Virus record (IMG/VR): IMGVR_UViG_3300040985_001119
Location: 1-41,892 of that record
Source of the DNA: a virus
Lineage: Duplodnaviria > Caudoviricetes
Reading direction: 5' to 3' (one strand)
DNA: 41,892 bases
The translations under genes and the position numbers were made by a program. Shown here piece by piece: positions 8,023 to 16,686 of this stretch. The first letter of the stretch is position 1, and each line of letters starts with the position of its first letter. Under the pieces are notes generated by a model. It saw only the letters and a list, made by a program, of their open reading frames with translations. It was not told the DNA's origin and did no database searches.

Positions 8023-8792
8023 CAGAAAACCTCTTTCGGATCGTCCAGGTTCAACGGATCAGCCTTGCGGTCAGGAAGGGCTGTAAGCGTTTCAATCACC
8101 TTCTCGTAGGTTGTCGTGTCAATCTCACCCGTTAAGACCTCTGCGGTCCTTGTAGCCACCTTCACGGGCACATCCTTTGCCTCAAGCAGATTACTGATGT
8201 CCAGTTTGCACTTCTTTTGCTGTGCCTCAACCTTCTCGTCTTGTGGTAGGCTACCACTTTTGGGGCATTCGATGTGGCGTGTCTCTTTCGTGTCGAAATA
8301 GTAGATGCCCTCTTCGACTGCTACCTGTCCTCCGCACTTGGAGCATACACCTGCATACTTGTTAGGCGTGCTCCCAGGCTTGCTCCCGCTTGATGCTCCC
8401 GTACTATTAACCTGAGAGGCATCTGTATCGTCCTCTGCCACCATGCCGAGCATAGCCATGATTGCATACCGTCTCGCGTAGGTGAACGTAGCCCCGTAGG
8501 TCTTCGGATCGTTGTCAGCCACCTTCAGCCTTATGGTAGAGGTTTCACGATCCCCACCTTCATGTAGGAGGACGGTATCTATGCAGACGTCCCCTTCGGC
8601 ATCTCTGGGGTTCTGGAAGATCGCTACCCCATGTTTATTCAAGATGGGTCTGGCGATGTCGAGGATCTGGTCGAGGTCCGCATACTGATACGAGAACTCC
8701 CCTCCGGACTTGGTAGGAATCTTGACTGTCTTATTGCGTGTGGGATCTTTCATCTCTTTCTGGAATGCTACCATTGCTTTCGCGATACTCAT
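8022..8792 (-). CDS. erf: ERF-family single-strand annealing recombinase
   Basis: YQYADLDQIL...PILNKHG and GATFTYARRYAIMAMLG...DDTDA ERF motifs; C-terminal Cys/His module. Confidence 0.9.
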   Translation of the reverse strand: MSIAKAMVAFQKEMKDPTRNKTVKIPTKSGGEFSYQYADLDQILDIARPILNKHGVAIFQNPRDAEGDVCIDTVLLHEGGDRETSTIRLKVADNDPKTYGATFTYARRYAIMAMLGMVAEDDTDASQVNSTGASSGSKPGSTPNKYAGVCSKCGGQVAVEEGIYYFDTKETRHIECPKSGSLPQDEKVEAQQKKCKLDISNLLEAKDVPVKVATRTAEVLTGEIDTTTYEKVIETLTALPDRKADPLNLDDPKEVF

Positions 8793-8822
8793 GCTGTTCC
8801 CCTCTGGTTGAAGTGTACCCTA

Positions 8823-8850
8823 AATGTAAGAATTGAGAAGAACCTGTCAA
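8823..8850 (-). promoter_or_regulatory. Sigma70-like promoter for the leftward operon
   Basis: TTGACA-N16-TACATT. Confidence 0.65.
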
Positions 8851-8881
8851 GGGGAAATGTTAAGTAAGTTAAACTTTTTCC

Positions 8882-8909
8882 TTGTGCTATCCTTATAGAA
8901 CTGTACTTT
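8882..8909 (+). promoter_or_regulatory. Sigma70-like promoter for the rightward replication operon
   Basis: TTGTGC-N16-TACTTT upstream of an AGGAGG RBS. Confidence 0.45.
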
Positions 8910-8927
8910 GTGTAGAAAGGAGGCAAC

Positions 8928-9128
8928 ATGAAAAAGATCTCGTTTGAGGAATACGCTCGGTTTGTTACCGGCAAGAAGTTAGCCGTCCGCAGCGGGTACA
9001 CCGAAGAGTACATATCATCCTTGCGTAACGGAGAGGTTACAGGCAAGGCCAAGATCATCTTTAACCTACTGGCAGCAGTAGATGGATTCAGGATAGACTA
9101 TGAATCAGAGCATATCGAAAACGGCTGA
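8928..9128 (+). CDS. Cro/XRE-like HTH regulator
   Basis: KKLAVRSGYTEEYISSLRNG HTH pattern; first gene at the divergent promoter. Confidence 0.7.
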   Translation: MKKISFEEYARFVTGKKLAVRSGYTEEYISSLRNGEVTGKAKIIFNLLAAVDGFRIDYESEHIENG

Positions 9129-9267
9129 CGAGAAGCTGAAGAAGGAATTGGAAGAGAAAGGCCCAGAAGAAATACAACGCCTCGCACAAGGCTTTGTGGG
9201 AGGAGACTTAGAATTTCAAGAGGAGGACGAGGATGAGTCTCCTGAAAGCGGCCCTAAAGTACAGTGA
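9100..9267 (+). CDS. Small acidic protein (55 aa, not in ORF track)
   Basis: MNQSISKTADEKLKKELEEKG...; AGGA RBS; fills the gap. Confidence 0.4.
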   Translation: MNQSISKTADEKLKKELEEKGPEEIQRLAQGFVGGDLEFQEEDEDESPESGPKVQ

Positions 9268-9961
9268 GTGGGGTCTCGCAATCTTCCCCCTTGAGGGCAA
9301 GCAACCCCTTACGGCACATGGTGTTAAGGACGCGACTTCGAGTAAAGGTTTAATTGAGCAATGGTGGGGTCATTGGAGTGATGCCAACATAGGCTTGGCG
9401 ATGGGTGCTAACTCATTGATGGCTATCGATCTCGATCCTCGGGATGACGGCATTCGTAACTGGAGGGAGATCACGCAGGGCTTGATGACTACTCGCGTCA
9501 TTACAGGTGGCGGGGGCATCCATTATTACCTACGTGATCCTGGTGTCAAGTGGCCTCGCAAGTTAGCACCGGGCATCGACGTTCAGTACGGGAACAAGTA
9601 TGTCGTTGCTCCTCCGAGTATTCATCCTTCTGGCGAGGAATACAAATACGATCCACAGTTTCGGTTAGGCGATGTCAACCCGTGCGAATGTCCTGATTGG
9701 TTGCTTGCTTTTCAGGAAATCCCTAAACCATTCGTTCCATCGCAGGGTGTCGGAGAGAGGGAGGACTATCTGATAGAGCATCTTAAACTGACACAGAAGA
9801 AAAACCGGTATTGGGGTGTTTGCCCTTTTCATCAAGAGCGGGAGGAGGGACTTGGTACGAGGTTCAGTGTTGATATGGACATAGGTTATCATTGCTTTTC
9901 ATGCGGAGCATCCGGGTCTGTAATTGACCTTTTACGCAGGACTACACAGGGGGATTTTTAA
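9233..9961 (+). CDS. Bifunctional primase/polymerase (Prim-Pol) domain fused to a CHC2-type zinc finger
   Basis: AIFPL..KQP..HGVKDAT, ANIGL, AIDLD, TGGGGIHYY, YVVAPPSIHPSG; C-terminal CPFH...YHCFSCGASG. Confidence 0.88.
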   Translation: MSLLKAALKYSEWGLAIFPLEGKQPLTAHGVKDATSSKGLIEQWWGHWSDANIGLAMGANSLMAIDLDPRDDGIRNWREITQGLMTTRVITGGGGIHYYLRDPGVKWPRKLAPGIDVQYGNKYVVAPPSIHPSGEEYKYDPQFRLGDVNPCECPDWLLAFQEIPKPFVPSQGVGEREDYLIEHLKLTQKKNRYWGVCPFHQEREEGLGTRFSVDMDIGYHCFSCGASGSVIDLLRRTTQGDF

Positions 9962-10230
9962 TGACTATCGAAGAGAAGATCGAGGAGTTGGGTGGACTGC
10001 ATCCTGATGGGGAAATGTACAAACAGCGATGGATCTTGTTGATGGAGTGGATCGAGGAGCAGAAGAATCCAGAGCCGTTGTTCAGTCAAGAAGAGATCGA
10101 GTCGATGACCGGAATGATCGTCAAAGGGCTGAACATCCATTGCCAAGCGGTGTTCTTTGAGAAGTGCCAGAAACTGGAGGAGCGCGTCCTTCGGGCTGAA
10201 GCTAAGATCGCCCATTGGGAGGACTCATGA
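9961..10230 (+). CDS. Hypothetical protein
   Basis: TAATG coupling. Confidence 0.55.
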   Translation: MTIEEKIEELGGLHPDGEMYKQRWILLMEWIEEQKNPEPLFSQEEIESMTGMIVKGLNIHCQAVFFEKCQKLEERVLRAEAKIAHWEDS

Positions 10231-10451
10231 TCCTGCATAAGAACGAGTATTGTGTCTACACGTGTGTTCAGATGGTCAAGGGCTTTGAGGCTGAGTACGG
10301 ACAGTTTGTCACCTACCTGCCTTTCTGTGATCGGGTGAGGATTGCCCGTAGCAATAAGTCTAAGATACTTGGTCAGGTGTGGACTCAGATAGGGGGATGG
10401 GTATATGTCGCGATACAGGGAACATTGCCGCCATCGGAGGGATACTTATGA
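10227..10451 (+). CDS. Hypothetical protein
   Basis: GGAGG RBS, ATGA overlap. Confidence 0.55.
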   Translation: MILHKNEYCVYTCVQMVKGFEAEYGQFVTYLPFCDRVRIARSNKSKILGQVWTQIGGWVYVAIQGTLPPSEGYL

Positions 10452-10594
10452 ACCGTAAGACGCAGATGAAGCTATACTCCCGCAAATACAGGAAGGAGAA
10501 TCCTGAGAAGATCAAGGAGGACAATGCGAAATATTATCGCCAGCGGAATCTGAAAGAGGTCGAGAGAAGGCTCAAAGCACTGGGGGAATCATGA
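10448..10594 (+). CDS. Small basic protein
   Basis: RKYRKENPEKIKEDNAKYY repeat-type motif; ATGA overlaps. Confidence 0.55.
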   Translation: MNRKTQMKLYSRKYRKENPEKIKEDNAKYYRQRNLKEVERRLKALGES

Positions 10595-10800
10595 CAGACC
10601 GAGCACCGAAGGATAATCTGTGGCACGTAACGGACTATGACGGCAGTATCCAGGTGGTGATAACTACGACCTGTGAGGCTATGGCAGATGTGGTCATCTT
10701 TTCACATATGCATGATGGCAAGAGGGTTGTCGATGCCGCCTTCCCGAACTACAGGAGTGTACGGTTGGGGGTTATTCCTTTGACTCCTGACGACTCGTAG
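10591..10800 (+). CDS. Hypothetical protein
   Basis: ATGA overlap, GGGGG RBS. Confidence 0.5.
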   Translation: MTDRAPKDNLWHVTDYDGSIQVVITTTCEAMADVVIFSHMHDGKRVVDAAFPNYRSVRLGVIPLTPDDS

Positions 10801-10808
10801 TGCATATT
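10780..10808 (+). promoter_or_regulatory. Candidate promoter of the methyltransferase leader
   Basis: TTGACT-N17-CATATT immediately before the structured leader. Confidence 0.4.
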
Positions 10809-10812
10809 GTAA

Positions 10813-10905
10813 GTCCCGGCGGGTAGCTCCTGCTAATCTGGACACATATGCCCCACTTCAGTGCCTCATTCACTGGGGTGGGGCTACACTAAATGAGGAG
10901 TGTAG
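10813..10905 (+). ncRNA. Structured 5' leader with kissing loops sequestering the SD
   Basis: 14-bp hairpin 10850-10884 (loop CCTCATT) and hairpin 10885-10904 (loop AAATGAGG); loops complementary over 7 nt. Confidence 0.65.
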
Positions 10906-10906
10906 A

Positions 10907-11840
10907 ATGATCTGTAATGCTGATGCACGACAAATTCCCCTAAGTAATAATTCCGTTCAATGTGTCATAACGTCCCCGCCCTATTTCGGTTTAAGAGACT
11001 ACGGCGTCGGCGGTCAAATCGGCCTTGAGGATTCCCTTGAGGATTACATCGAGGCTTTGTGCTGTGTCTTTGACGGCTTGTGGGCTGCCTTGAGGGATGA
11101 CGGCACTGTGTGGTTGAATTTAGGTGACAGTTATGCAGGAAACAATTCGAGGGCTTCCCACGGGGGGCGGGCAGGATTCGGTACACCTCGGGAATGTATC
11201 GTAAAGCGAGGAACTAAATCTAAGGACCTAATGTTCGTGCCTCATAGGGTAGCGATTGCCCTACAGGAGAGAGGGTGGTACGTCAGGCAGGACATTGTGT
11301 GGCACAAGCCTAACCCGATGCCTGAGAGCGTTACAGATCGTTGTACGAGGGCGCATGAGTACATCTTCATGCTTACTAAGTCTCCGAGGTACTACTATGA
11401 TGCTGCTTCTATCAGTGAGCGTGCACAGCCGCATCTCGGTAAGGTACTTGATGTGCGATCAAGTGGAACAGGTTTAGCGCGTGCCGGTATAAGTGGCAAC
11501 CCTGATAGAGCAGGTAATTTTCTTTCAACTAACGGCTTTGCTAACAAGCGATCTGTCTGGACTGTAACAACGAAGCCCTTCTCTGGTGCTCACTTTGCGA
11601 CATTCCCCCCCTGATTTGGTAGAGCCGATGATATTAGCAGGGTGTCCCGAGGGTGGTGTCATCCTCGATCCGTTCTGCGGGTCTGGTACGGTAGGGATGG
11701 TGTGCAGGAAACATTCACGCAAGTTTGTAGGTCTGGATTTGTCGATGGAATACTTGTCTACTCTGGCCCTTCCGAGATCGGAACAGCAGCAGACAAAAGC
11801 GGCAATCGAAGAACTCCCCTTGTTCGGGGGCATAGAATGA
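10907..11840 (+). CDS. Site-specific DNA methyltransferase (N4-C/N6-A, beta class), split by a +1 frameshift at 11605-11614
   Basis: VITSPPY catalytic motif and HFATFPP in frame 0; DLVEPMILAGCPEGGVILDPFCGSGT SAM-binding motif in the +1 frame. Confidence 0.88.
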
Positions 11841-12235
11841 TGGAGCGAGGCAGGATAATCATGAGCAGACAAGTCTTCTATGACATCAAGAAGAGGTATC
11901 CACAGTCTCCGCATTTGTATGAGGTCTATACTCATCTTGTCTTTCAGGCGTCCTATCATCCTGAAATGATGGGTAGTTTTGACACTACTAATATGGATAT
12001 TTCTGAGGATCTCGACCTGTCTTACGGCAAGGTTCGGAGTGCTATCCGGAGACTCAAAAACATGGGCATGATTACGGTGAAAAAGAGGAGTGTTGGGGGA
12101 GAGAACGTGGGCATTCGGGTGACGATTCAGGACTACGAAATGCTCCATCGAGCGTTTGAGGACAGAACAGACCCCAGAGCAGACCTCCGTGCATCTCTAA
12201 CCGTAAGTGGCCCAAGCAGTACTGAAGATTCCTAA
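11837..12235 (+). CDS. Winged-helix replication initiator-like protein
   Basis: GRIIMSR, YTHLVFQA, DISEDLDLSYGKVRSAIRRLKNMGMI and VTIQDYE resemble phage replisome-organiser N-termini. Confidence 0.6.
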   Translation: MMERGRIIMSRQVFYDIKKRYPQSPHLYEVYTHLVFQASYHPEMMGSFDTTNMDISEDLDLSYGKVRSAIRRLKNMGMITVKKRSVGGENVGIRVTIQDYEMLHRAFEDRTDPRADLRASLTVSGPSSTEDS

Positions 12236-12343
12236 AAAGCCACAGAACAGACCCCATGACAAACAAGTACTTTAAGCAAGGTGTTAAGTAACAGTACAAG
12301 TACAAGTTCTCGTATCTGTACCAACCTGTAGTACCACAGTACT
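12162..12343. repeat. Iteron-like repeats (candidate replication origin)
   Basis: ACAGAACAGACCCCA at 12162 and 12242; seven GTAC within 12218-12343. Confidence 0.45.
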
Positions 12344-12364
12344 TAGAAAAGAGAGGGAGAAATT

Positions 12365-12724
12365 ATGATGAAGCTAAGACGAACGAGTGAGAAGTTTATG
12401 GAACGCGATACGGCAGGATTTACCTCAGACGATGAAAAACGTGTTTGGGACGAGGGATTGAAAGACGGCATCCTCTTAGGACTACGTGAAGGTATGCTTG
12501 TAACTCTGCGTAGCATAAGGGATATGGATTGGAGGACATACGATGGACCGAATGATTTCATGGAAGAGATCAGGGACGAGATAAAGTCGGGTAGCCTGGT
12601 TCGTAGGTATTCGGACAACGGGAAGGATTGGCTCAGTACAGTGGGTGAGGTCCGGGGCAAGCGAACGGGCGTTCCGGGAGTGAACTCAATTTCGGTAGCA
12701 GTCCAGGGGGTGGATCATGAATAA
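12365..12724 (+). CDS. Hypothetical protein
   Basis: GGGAG RBS; 119 aa. Confidence 0.55.
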   Translation: MMKLRRTSEKFMERDTAGFTSDDEKRVWDEGLKDGILLGLREGMLVTLRSIRDMDWRTYDGPNDFMEEIRDEIKSGSLVRRYSDNGKDWLSTVGEVRGKRTGVPGVNSISVAVQGVDHE

Positions 12725-13049
12725 GTGGCTCAAGAAGTATTGGGAGGCGAATACTCCGGAGGAGGAGGTTATGGCTCTGGAGATGATGGCAGAGATGTCA
12801 CTTACTGGTGGGGCTAAGGAAATCCGCAGGCTGACGATGGAAGAGGTGTTGGACCGCACGGAGAGAGCATACAAAGGTCCAAATGCTATGTGTGATTTGA
12901 GAACATGGCTCAAGCGTGAGGCCAAGCCGAAAGATGAGAAGCGCATCGAGGTCTTGAAGGAGGTGCGGGAGAAAATGAAGTATCAACACAATAACCGAGA
13001 GTGTGTGAATGACCTTGAGGATTGGTTAAGAGAGGAGATAGGGGAATGA
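12717..13049 (+). CDS. Hypothetical protein with internal duplication
   Basis: EEV...DLRTWLKREA and KEV...DLEDWLREEI. Confidence 0.55.
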   Translation: MNKWLKKYWEANTPEEEVMALEMMAEMSLTGGAKEIRRLTMEEVLDRTERAYKGPNAMCDLRTWLKREAKPKDEKRIEVLKEVREKMKYQHNNRECVNDLEDWLREEIGE

Positions 13050-13243
13050 ACTTGACGCTTGAAGGGACGGATCACCTTACATACTGGACTTCTGAGATCT
13101 CAGAGTACAGGCATCATGAGTCCGATGGTACATGGGAGAAGCTGGTAGGTCCGGCGTGGGTTATTGTTTCGGAGACCGTTGAATTGGATCGGGCTGCTAA
13201 CGATGTTGTCCGGGCAGAGGGCTTGCTCTTCAAAGCAAACTGA
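13046..13243 (+). CDS. Hypothetical protein
   Basis: ATGA overlap. Confidence 0.5.
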   Translation: MNLTLEGTDHLTYWTSEISEYRHHESDGTWEKLVGPAWVIVSETVELDRAANDVVRAEGLLFKAN

Positions 13244-13515
13244 TGCCCAAACTTCCGAAGGTTAAGAAATTCTATCCGAAGGGCATGAAGAAAACCACGA
13301 AGGTTCGGCATATGTTGTTCGGTGAGCAGAGTGGTTTTGAGATCGGGAGGTCGAATGCGATGGAGGAATTGAAAGACCTGCCTCTTGATAAACTTCGGCA
13401 ATCGAGAGACCACTTGAAGATGATGTGTGAGAAGTTTTTAGTGAACCCGGAGGATCGCGGAAGGATCTCAGCTTTGAGAGAGTTGATCTTCGCCAAGTCC
13501 GAGGAGCTGTCTTAA
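13243..13515 (+). CDS. Hypothetical basic protein
   Basis: TGATG coupling. Confidence 0.5.
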   Translation: MPKLPKVKKFYPKGMKKTTKVRHMLFGEQSGFEIGRSNAMEELKDLPLDKLRQSRDHLKMMCEKFLVNPEDRGRISALRELIFAKSEELS

Positions 13516-13629
13516 ATCAACGCTTACCCCTGAGTGGACTCCAAGTACCTTAAATTGGAGATCGTGGCGAAAACGATAGCGCAAGGACGATAGAATCGCA
13601 AATTCAATCCAACTTTGAGGAGTAATGGT

Positions 13630-13902
13630 ATGATAACCGTGGGGAATTTTAGAATCCGTAGATATGACGAGCATAATATAGTGGTCGAGGAGTTTCGTAA
13701 AGGTGGCAAGATGGTGGCCGGAAAGATGTCGAAAGATGGGTGGCGTTTCTGTGGGTACTGGGGCAGGCTTGAGCCGATCTTGTCTTTCCTGATTGCGAAG
13801 GGTGTGGATGAAGCGGAGACATTGCAGGAATTGTCGAATAAGATCGAGTGGATAAAGGCAGAGATAGAGAATACGGTGGATGTAGAAAAGATTGGGGCGT
13901 GA
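13630..13902 (+). CDS. Conserved-type phage hypothetical protein
   Basis: GAGGAG RBS; FRIRRYDEHNIVVE...WRFCGYWGRLE pattern. Confidence 0.55.
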   Translation: MITVGNFRIRRYDEHNIVVEEFRKGGKMVAGKMSKDGWRFCGYWGRLEPILSFLIAKGVDEAETLQELSNKIEWIKAEIENTVDVEKIGA

Positions 13903-14707
13903 TGTGAGTGAGATAGTAGCGTTGGACGTGAATGTGTACAATCGGTTGATGGAATTTGCGTTGGCAGGGGAAGAGGCAGAGAAGGACTTGAGGAGGAATA
14001 TTGACAAGCTGGTATGGAGTAAGTGGTCGTTCGGAAGGTGGATCTTGGAGAATGAGTTGTCAGTGGGGGATATGGCGCAGCGTCTCAAAATAGACGGCGT
14101 ATCAGGATGGGATAAATCTGAATGTCATCGGGCGGTGAAGTTCTCCAGGGATTATTCGGAAGAGCAGGTACGGGGTGTATTACATCAGCAGTATTCCTGG
14201 TGGGGGATTAAGACGAAGCTCCTTCCGACTCCTAAAGAGAGGGTGGAGAGGGGTGCAGATATGTCTCTGACGGGGCATGACGAGATCCGCAGGGCTATCC
14301 CGGATATGGATCAGGACCAGAAGGATTCAGCAGCGGGCCATTTGCTTGCGGAGATCTCTGATAGTGCGGAGATACTTGAGGCGTTGGGCCATCCTGTAGG
14401 GGAAGTCGGAGAAGTGGTAGGCTACCACAGTGAGAATGTGGATAACTTGTCACCAAAAGTGTCGCATAAAGTATTCGGGGATTGGATAAGGGCGCAATCT
14501 TGTATTGTATGTGGGAAGGAGGGCGATCTCCACTTCCACCATTACCCCAAGACTAAAGGGGCAGGTGGAGCGGACGACCGTGGGCTGCCGTTGTGCGGAG
14601 TTTGTCATTCGGAGGCCCATCAAATTGGTATAAAATCGTGGAGCGATCTGTACTGGCGAGAGGTATTGGAGTTTCTACAGTCTAATCTTGCCCGGGCGTT
14701 ATCCTGA
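13892..14707 (+). CDS. Protein with C-terminal HNH-like Zn nuclease domain (DUF968-like)
   Basis: WIRAQSCIVCG...HFHHYPKTKGAGGADD..LPLCGVCHSEAH; start uncertain. Confidence 0.7.
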   Translation: MGRDVSEIVALDVNVYNRLMEFALAGEEAEKDLRRNIDKLVWSKWSFGRWILENELSVGDMAQRLKIDGVSGWDKSECHRAVKFSRDYSEEQVRGVLHQQYSWWGIKTKLLPTPKERVERGADMSLTGHDEIRRAIPDMDQDQKDSAAGHLLAEISDSAEILEALGHPVGEVGEVVGYHSENVDNLSPKVSHKVFGDWIRAQSCIVCGKEGDLHFHHYPKTKGAGGADDRGLPLCGVCHSEAHQIGIKSWSDLYWREVLEFLQSNLARALS

Positions 14708-14902
14708 TACCTGATGCCCTTCATGCCCCGTAAAAGTTACTCCCTCTGAGTTGACGAGGACGGGAAAAGAAACGTGTTCGTGGGTCTCGTAGATCGCAAG
14801 GATGGCTTCACGGTGAGTGCTTCCTTCAACCTCTATTACGGTGTGGTATGGCTCTCCAATGTCTTCAACCATGCGTCCGGTAAAAGTTGCAATCCATTTC
14901 AT
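14699..14902 (-). CDS. Early hypothetical protein
   Basis: AGGGGATAAATCATG start context. Confidence 0.6.
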   Translation of the reverse strand: MKWIATFTGRMVEDIGEPYHTVIEVEGSTHREAILAIYETHEHVSFPVLVNSEGVTFTGHEGHQVSG

Positions 14903-14914
14903 GATTTATCCCCT

Positions 14915-15073
14915 TTAGGCTTTCAGGTATTGAGTAGTTACGAGGTCGTCAGGATTGGCGTTGCGTAGCTCTGCTGCCACGGTAAACGCTTTGCGGAGGT
15001 CGTAAGGCCCGTAGAAGGTCCGGTCCATCCTGAAACCTGTGTTGTGCGCTCTTATGACTACGAGATTTTGCAT
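14915..15073 (-). CDS. Early hypothetical protein (52 aa, not in ORF track)
   Basis: MQNLVVIRAHNTGFRMDRTFYGPY...; AGGGGTATATCATG. Confidence 0.55.
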   Translation of the reverse strand: MQNLVVIRAHNTGFRMDRTFYGPYDLRKAFTVAAELRNANPDDLVTTQYLKA

Positions 15074-15082
15074 GATATACCC

Positions 15083-15241
15083 CTAATGTGGAATAGATTG
15101 AGATTGCGGTGCGTCACGATCTACGAGATTGCGGACGTATTCTGCTACGGATAGTCCGGCGTTGGACGCCTGCGTTTGAAACTGGTCTTTCTCAGCCTGG
15201 GACACTCTGATTTGTATCAATTTGTCGTTTTTCATTCTCAT
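15083..15241 (-). CDS. Ribbon-helix-helix DNA-binding protein (MobC/CopG-like; not in ORF track)
   Basis: KLIQIRVSQAEKDQFQTQASNAGLSVAEYVRNLV matches the RHH pattern. Confidence 0.7.
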   Translation of the reverse strand: MRMKNDKLIQIRVSQAEKDQFQTQASNAGLSVAEYVRNLVDRDAPQSQSIPH

Positions 15242-15283
15242 ATTGTCACCTGTATCTCAGCTTGGGATTGGTTAGTTGGTGTG

Positions 15284-15502
15284 TCATGGTTTCCTCGGAT
15301 ATGTGATGGTATTGTGGGCGATCTGGAATGTTTCCTGCGTTTCCAGGTTTACGAGTTCAAGCGTATCGTCCGGGAAGCACTCATTAGCGAGGATGTCGAA
15401 TTCCACTGTGTCGGCGTGGATTGTGTTCAGGTACATCTTCCACGGGTTGTGCTTGTGAATTTCAGAGATTGGCGTTCCGTTAAAGTGCGTTATCCTGTAC
15501 AT
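15284..15502 (-). CDS. Early hypothetical protein
   Basis: 72-aa ORF with GGGAG RBS. Confidence 0.5.
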   Translation of the reverse strand: MYRITHFNGTPISEIHKHNPWKMYLNTIHADTVEFDILANECFPDDTLELVNLETQETFQIAHNTITYPRKP

Positions 15503-15681
15503 GATTTGATTTGCTCCCTTTTAATACGTGTAGTGTGGCCGTCCTGCTGAAACGATGCGAAGAATACTTTTGGCAAGTGATTCCAGAAGGCTATAGCGTC
15601 AAGCCTATCCTGCTTTTTGTCGCACGTATCGAACTGATTGACATATGAGCCTGTAGTAGTCCGCCAGCGTATCTTATACAT
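15490..15681 (-). CDS. Early hypothetical protein
   Basis: GAGGT RBS. Confidence 0.5.
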   Translation of the reverse strand: MYKIRWRTTTGSYVNQFDTCDKKQDRLDAIAFWNHLPKVFFASFQQDGHTTRIKREQIKSCTG

Positions 15682-15722
15682 AAGACCTCTGGTCCTTTTA
15701 ACGTCTTGACCAGGACAACAGG

Positions 15723-16118
15723 TTAGGAGATGGCGGCTTCGTATCGTTCTGTTGACTCTCTGAGTCTTGAATCAAATCCCGCTGTCATAGATCCTTCATC
15801 TCCGCGCATTCGTATCTGGATATATACGACTTCGTTTCCGGTTGCTGCGTTCTGCCAGGACTTTGTTTCTCCGTTTATCTCTGTGGGCTTTACTTCGGCG
15901 CGAGAGAGATTCAGGCGAGTAACGGCGTTCTCAGCGTCTACAACGTCCTTCAATCGAGACATTACAGCGTCTATGAACTTTGAGTTTCCACAGATTCTGA
16001 TTCCACAAGCCCCGTAGGTCGAGCCCTTGGCATTAGATTCAAGCGGTGTGAAGTATTTCAGGACGTTCTGATCTTTTGGCGTATCGTTCCAATGTTCAAT
16101 AGCTTCGGCCTTTTTCAT
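15723..16118 (-). CDS. Early hypothetical protein
   Basis: GAGGGGTATATCATG start; 131 aa. Confidence 0.6.
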   Translation of the reverse strand: MKKAEAIEHWNDTPKDQNVLKYFTPLESNAKGSTYGACGIRICGNSKFIDAVMSRLKDVVDAENAVTRLNLSRAEVKPTEINGETKSWQNAATGNEVVYIQIRMRGDEGSMTAGFDSRLRESTERYEAAIS

Positions 16119-16204
16119 GATATACCCCTCGTAAATGTTCCAGAATTGGAACAAAGCCCCGTATGAGTTATGAACTCTTAACCTAAAGTGACGGGGCGTG
16201 AATC

Positions 16205-16495
16205 TTAATACTCTACTCGTGAATCTTCGTATTCGGCGGCTTCGTCCGTGTACTCAGGAAAGATTTTTTTCATTGTGTCCGTAAAAGGTTCAGTTATCCG
16301 TATCTGCAATGACCTATGACCCCATGCATTGTCGGGGGCTATATCTGAAACGTTGCCAACCGACTTATCACAGGCCCATTTGTCAATAATATGCCACCCG
16401 TTGGACCAACTCACGATTCCATTAGGTGTCAGTTGAGCGTTGCAAGTATTTTTACCGTCTGTGAATGTCTGTGGAGCAATCTGTTTGACTGTCAT
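16205..16495 (-). CDS. Early hypothetical protein
   Basis: GGGGTTTTATTATG start. Confidence 0.55.
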   Translation of the reverse strand: MTVKQIAPQTFTDGKNTCNAQLTPNGIVSWSNGWHIIDKWACDKSVGNVSDIAPDNAWGHRSLQIRITEPFTDTMKKIFPEYTDEAAEYEDSRVEY

Positions 16496-16686
16496 AATAA
16501 AACCCCATTCTAATACGGTCCAACATTAGACCGATACACGCTATTAGATTTGATCCTACACCCATACAGTAAAAACAAGCTGTCCCGTATCGCGTAGCGT
16601 GTAGCCAAGCAGTACTAACAATGGCAAGACTCTTGACGTGTCGTTCGTTCGGTTGTCAAGGAACAGAGAGACTGTTTGAGATCAAA

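Noticed and set aside
13516-13615. Possible structured RNA in the intergenic gap (CTCCAA/TTGGAG, ATCGT/ACGAT hairpins)
   Set aside because: Stems are only 4-6 bp and I could not find a convincing higher-order fold
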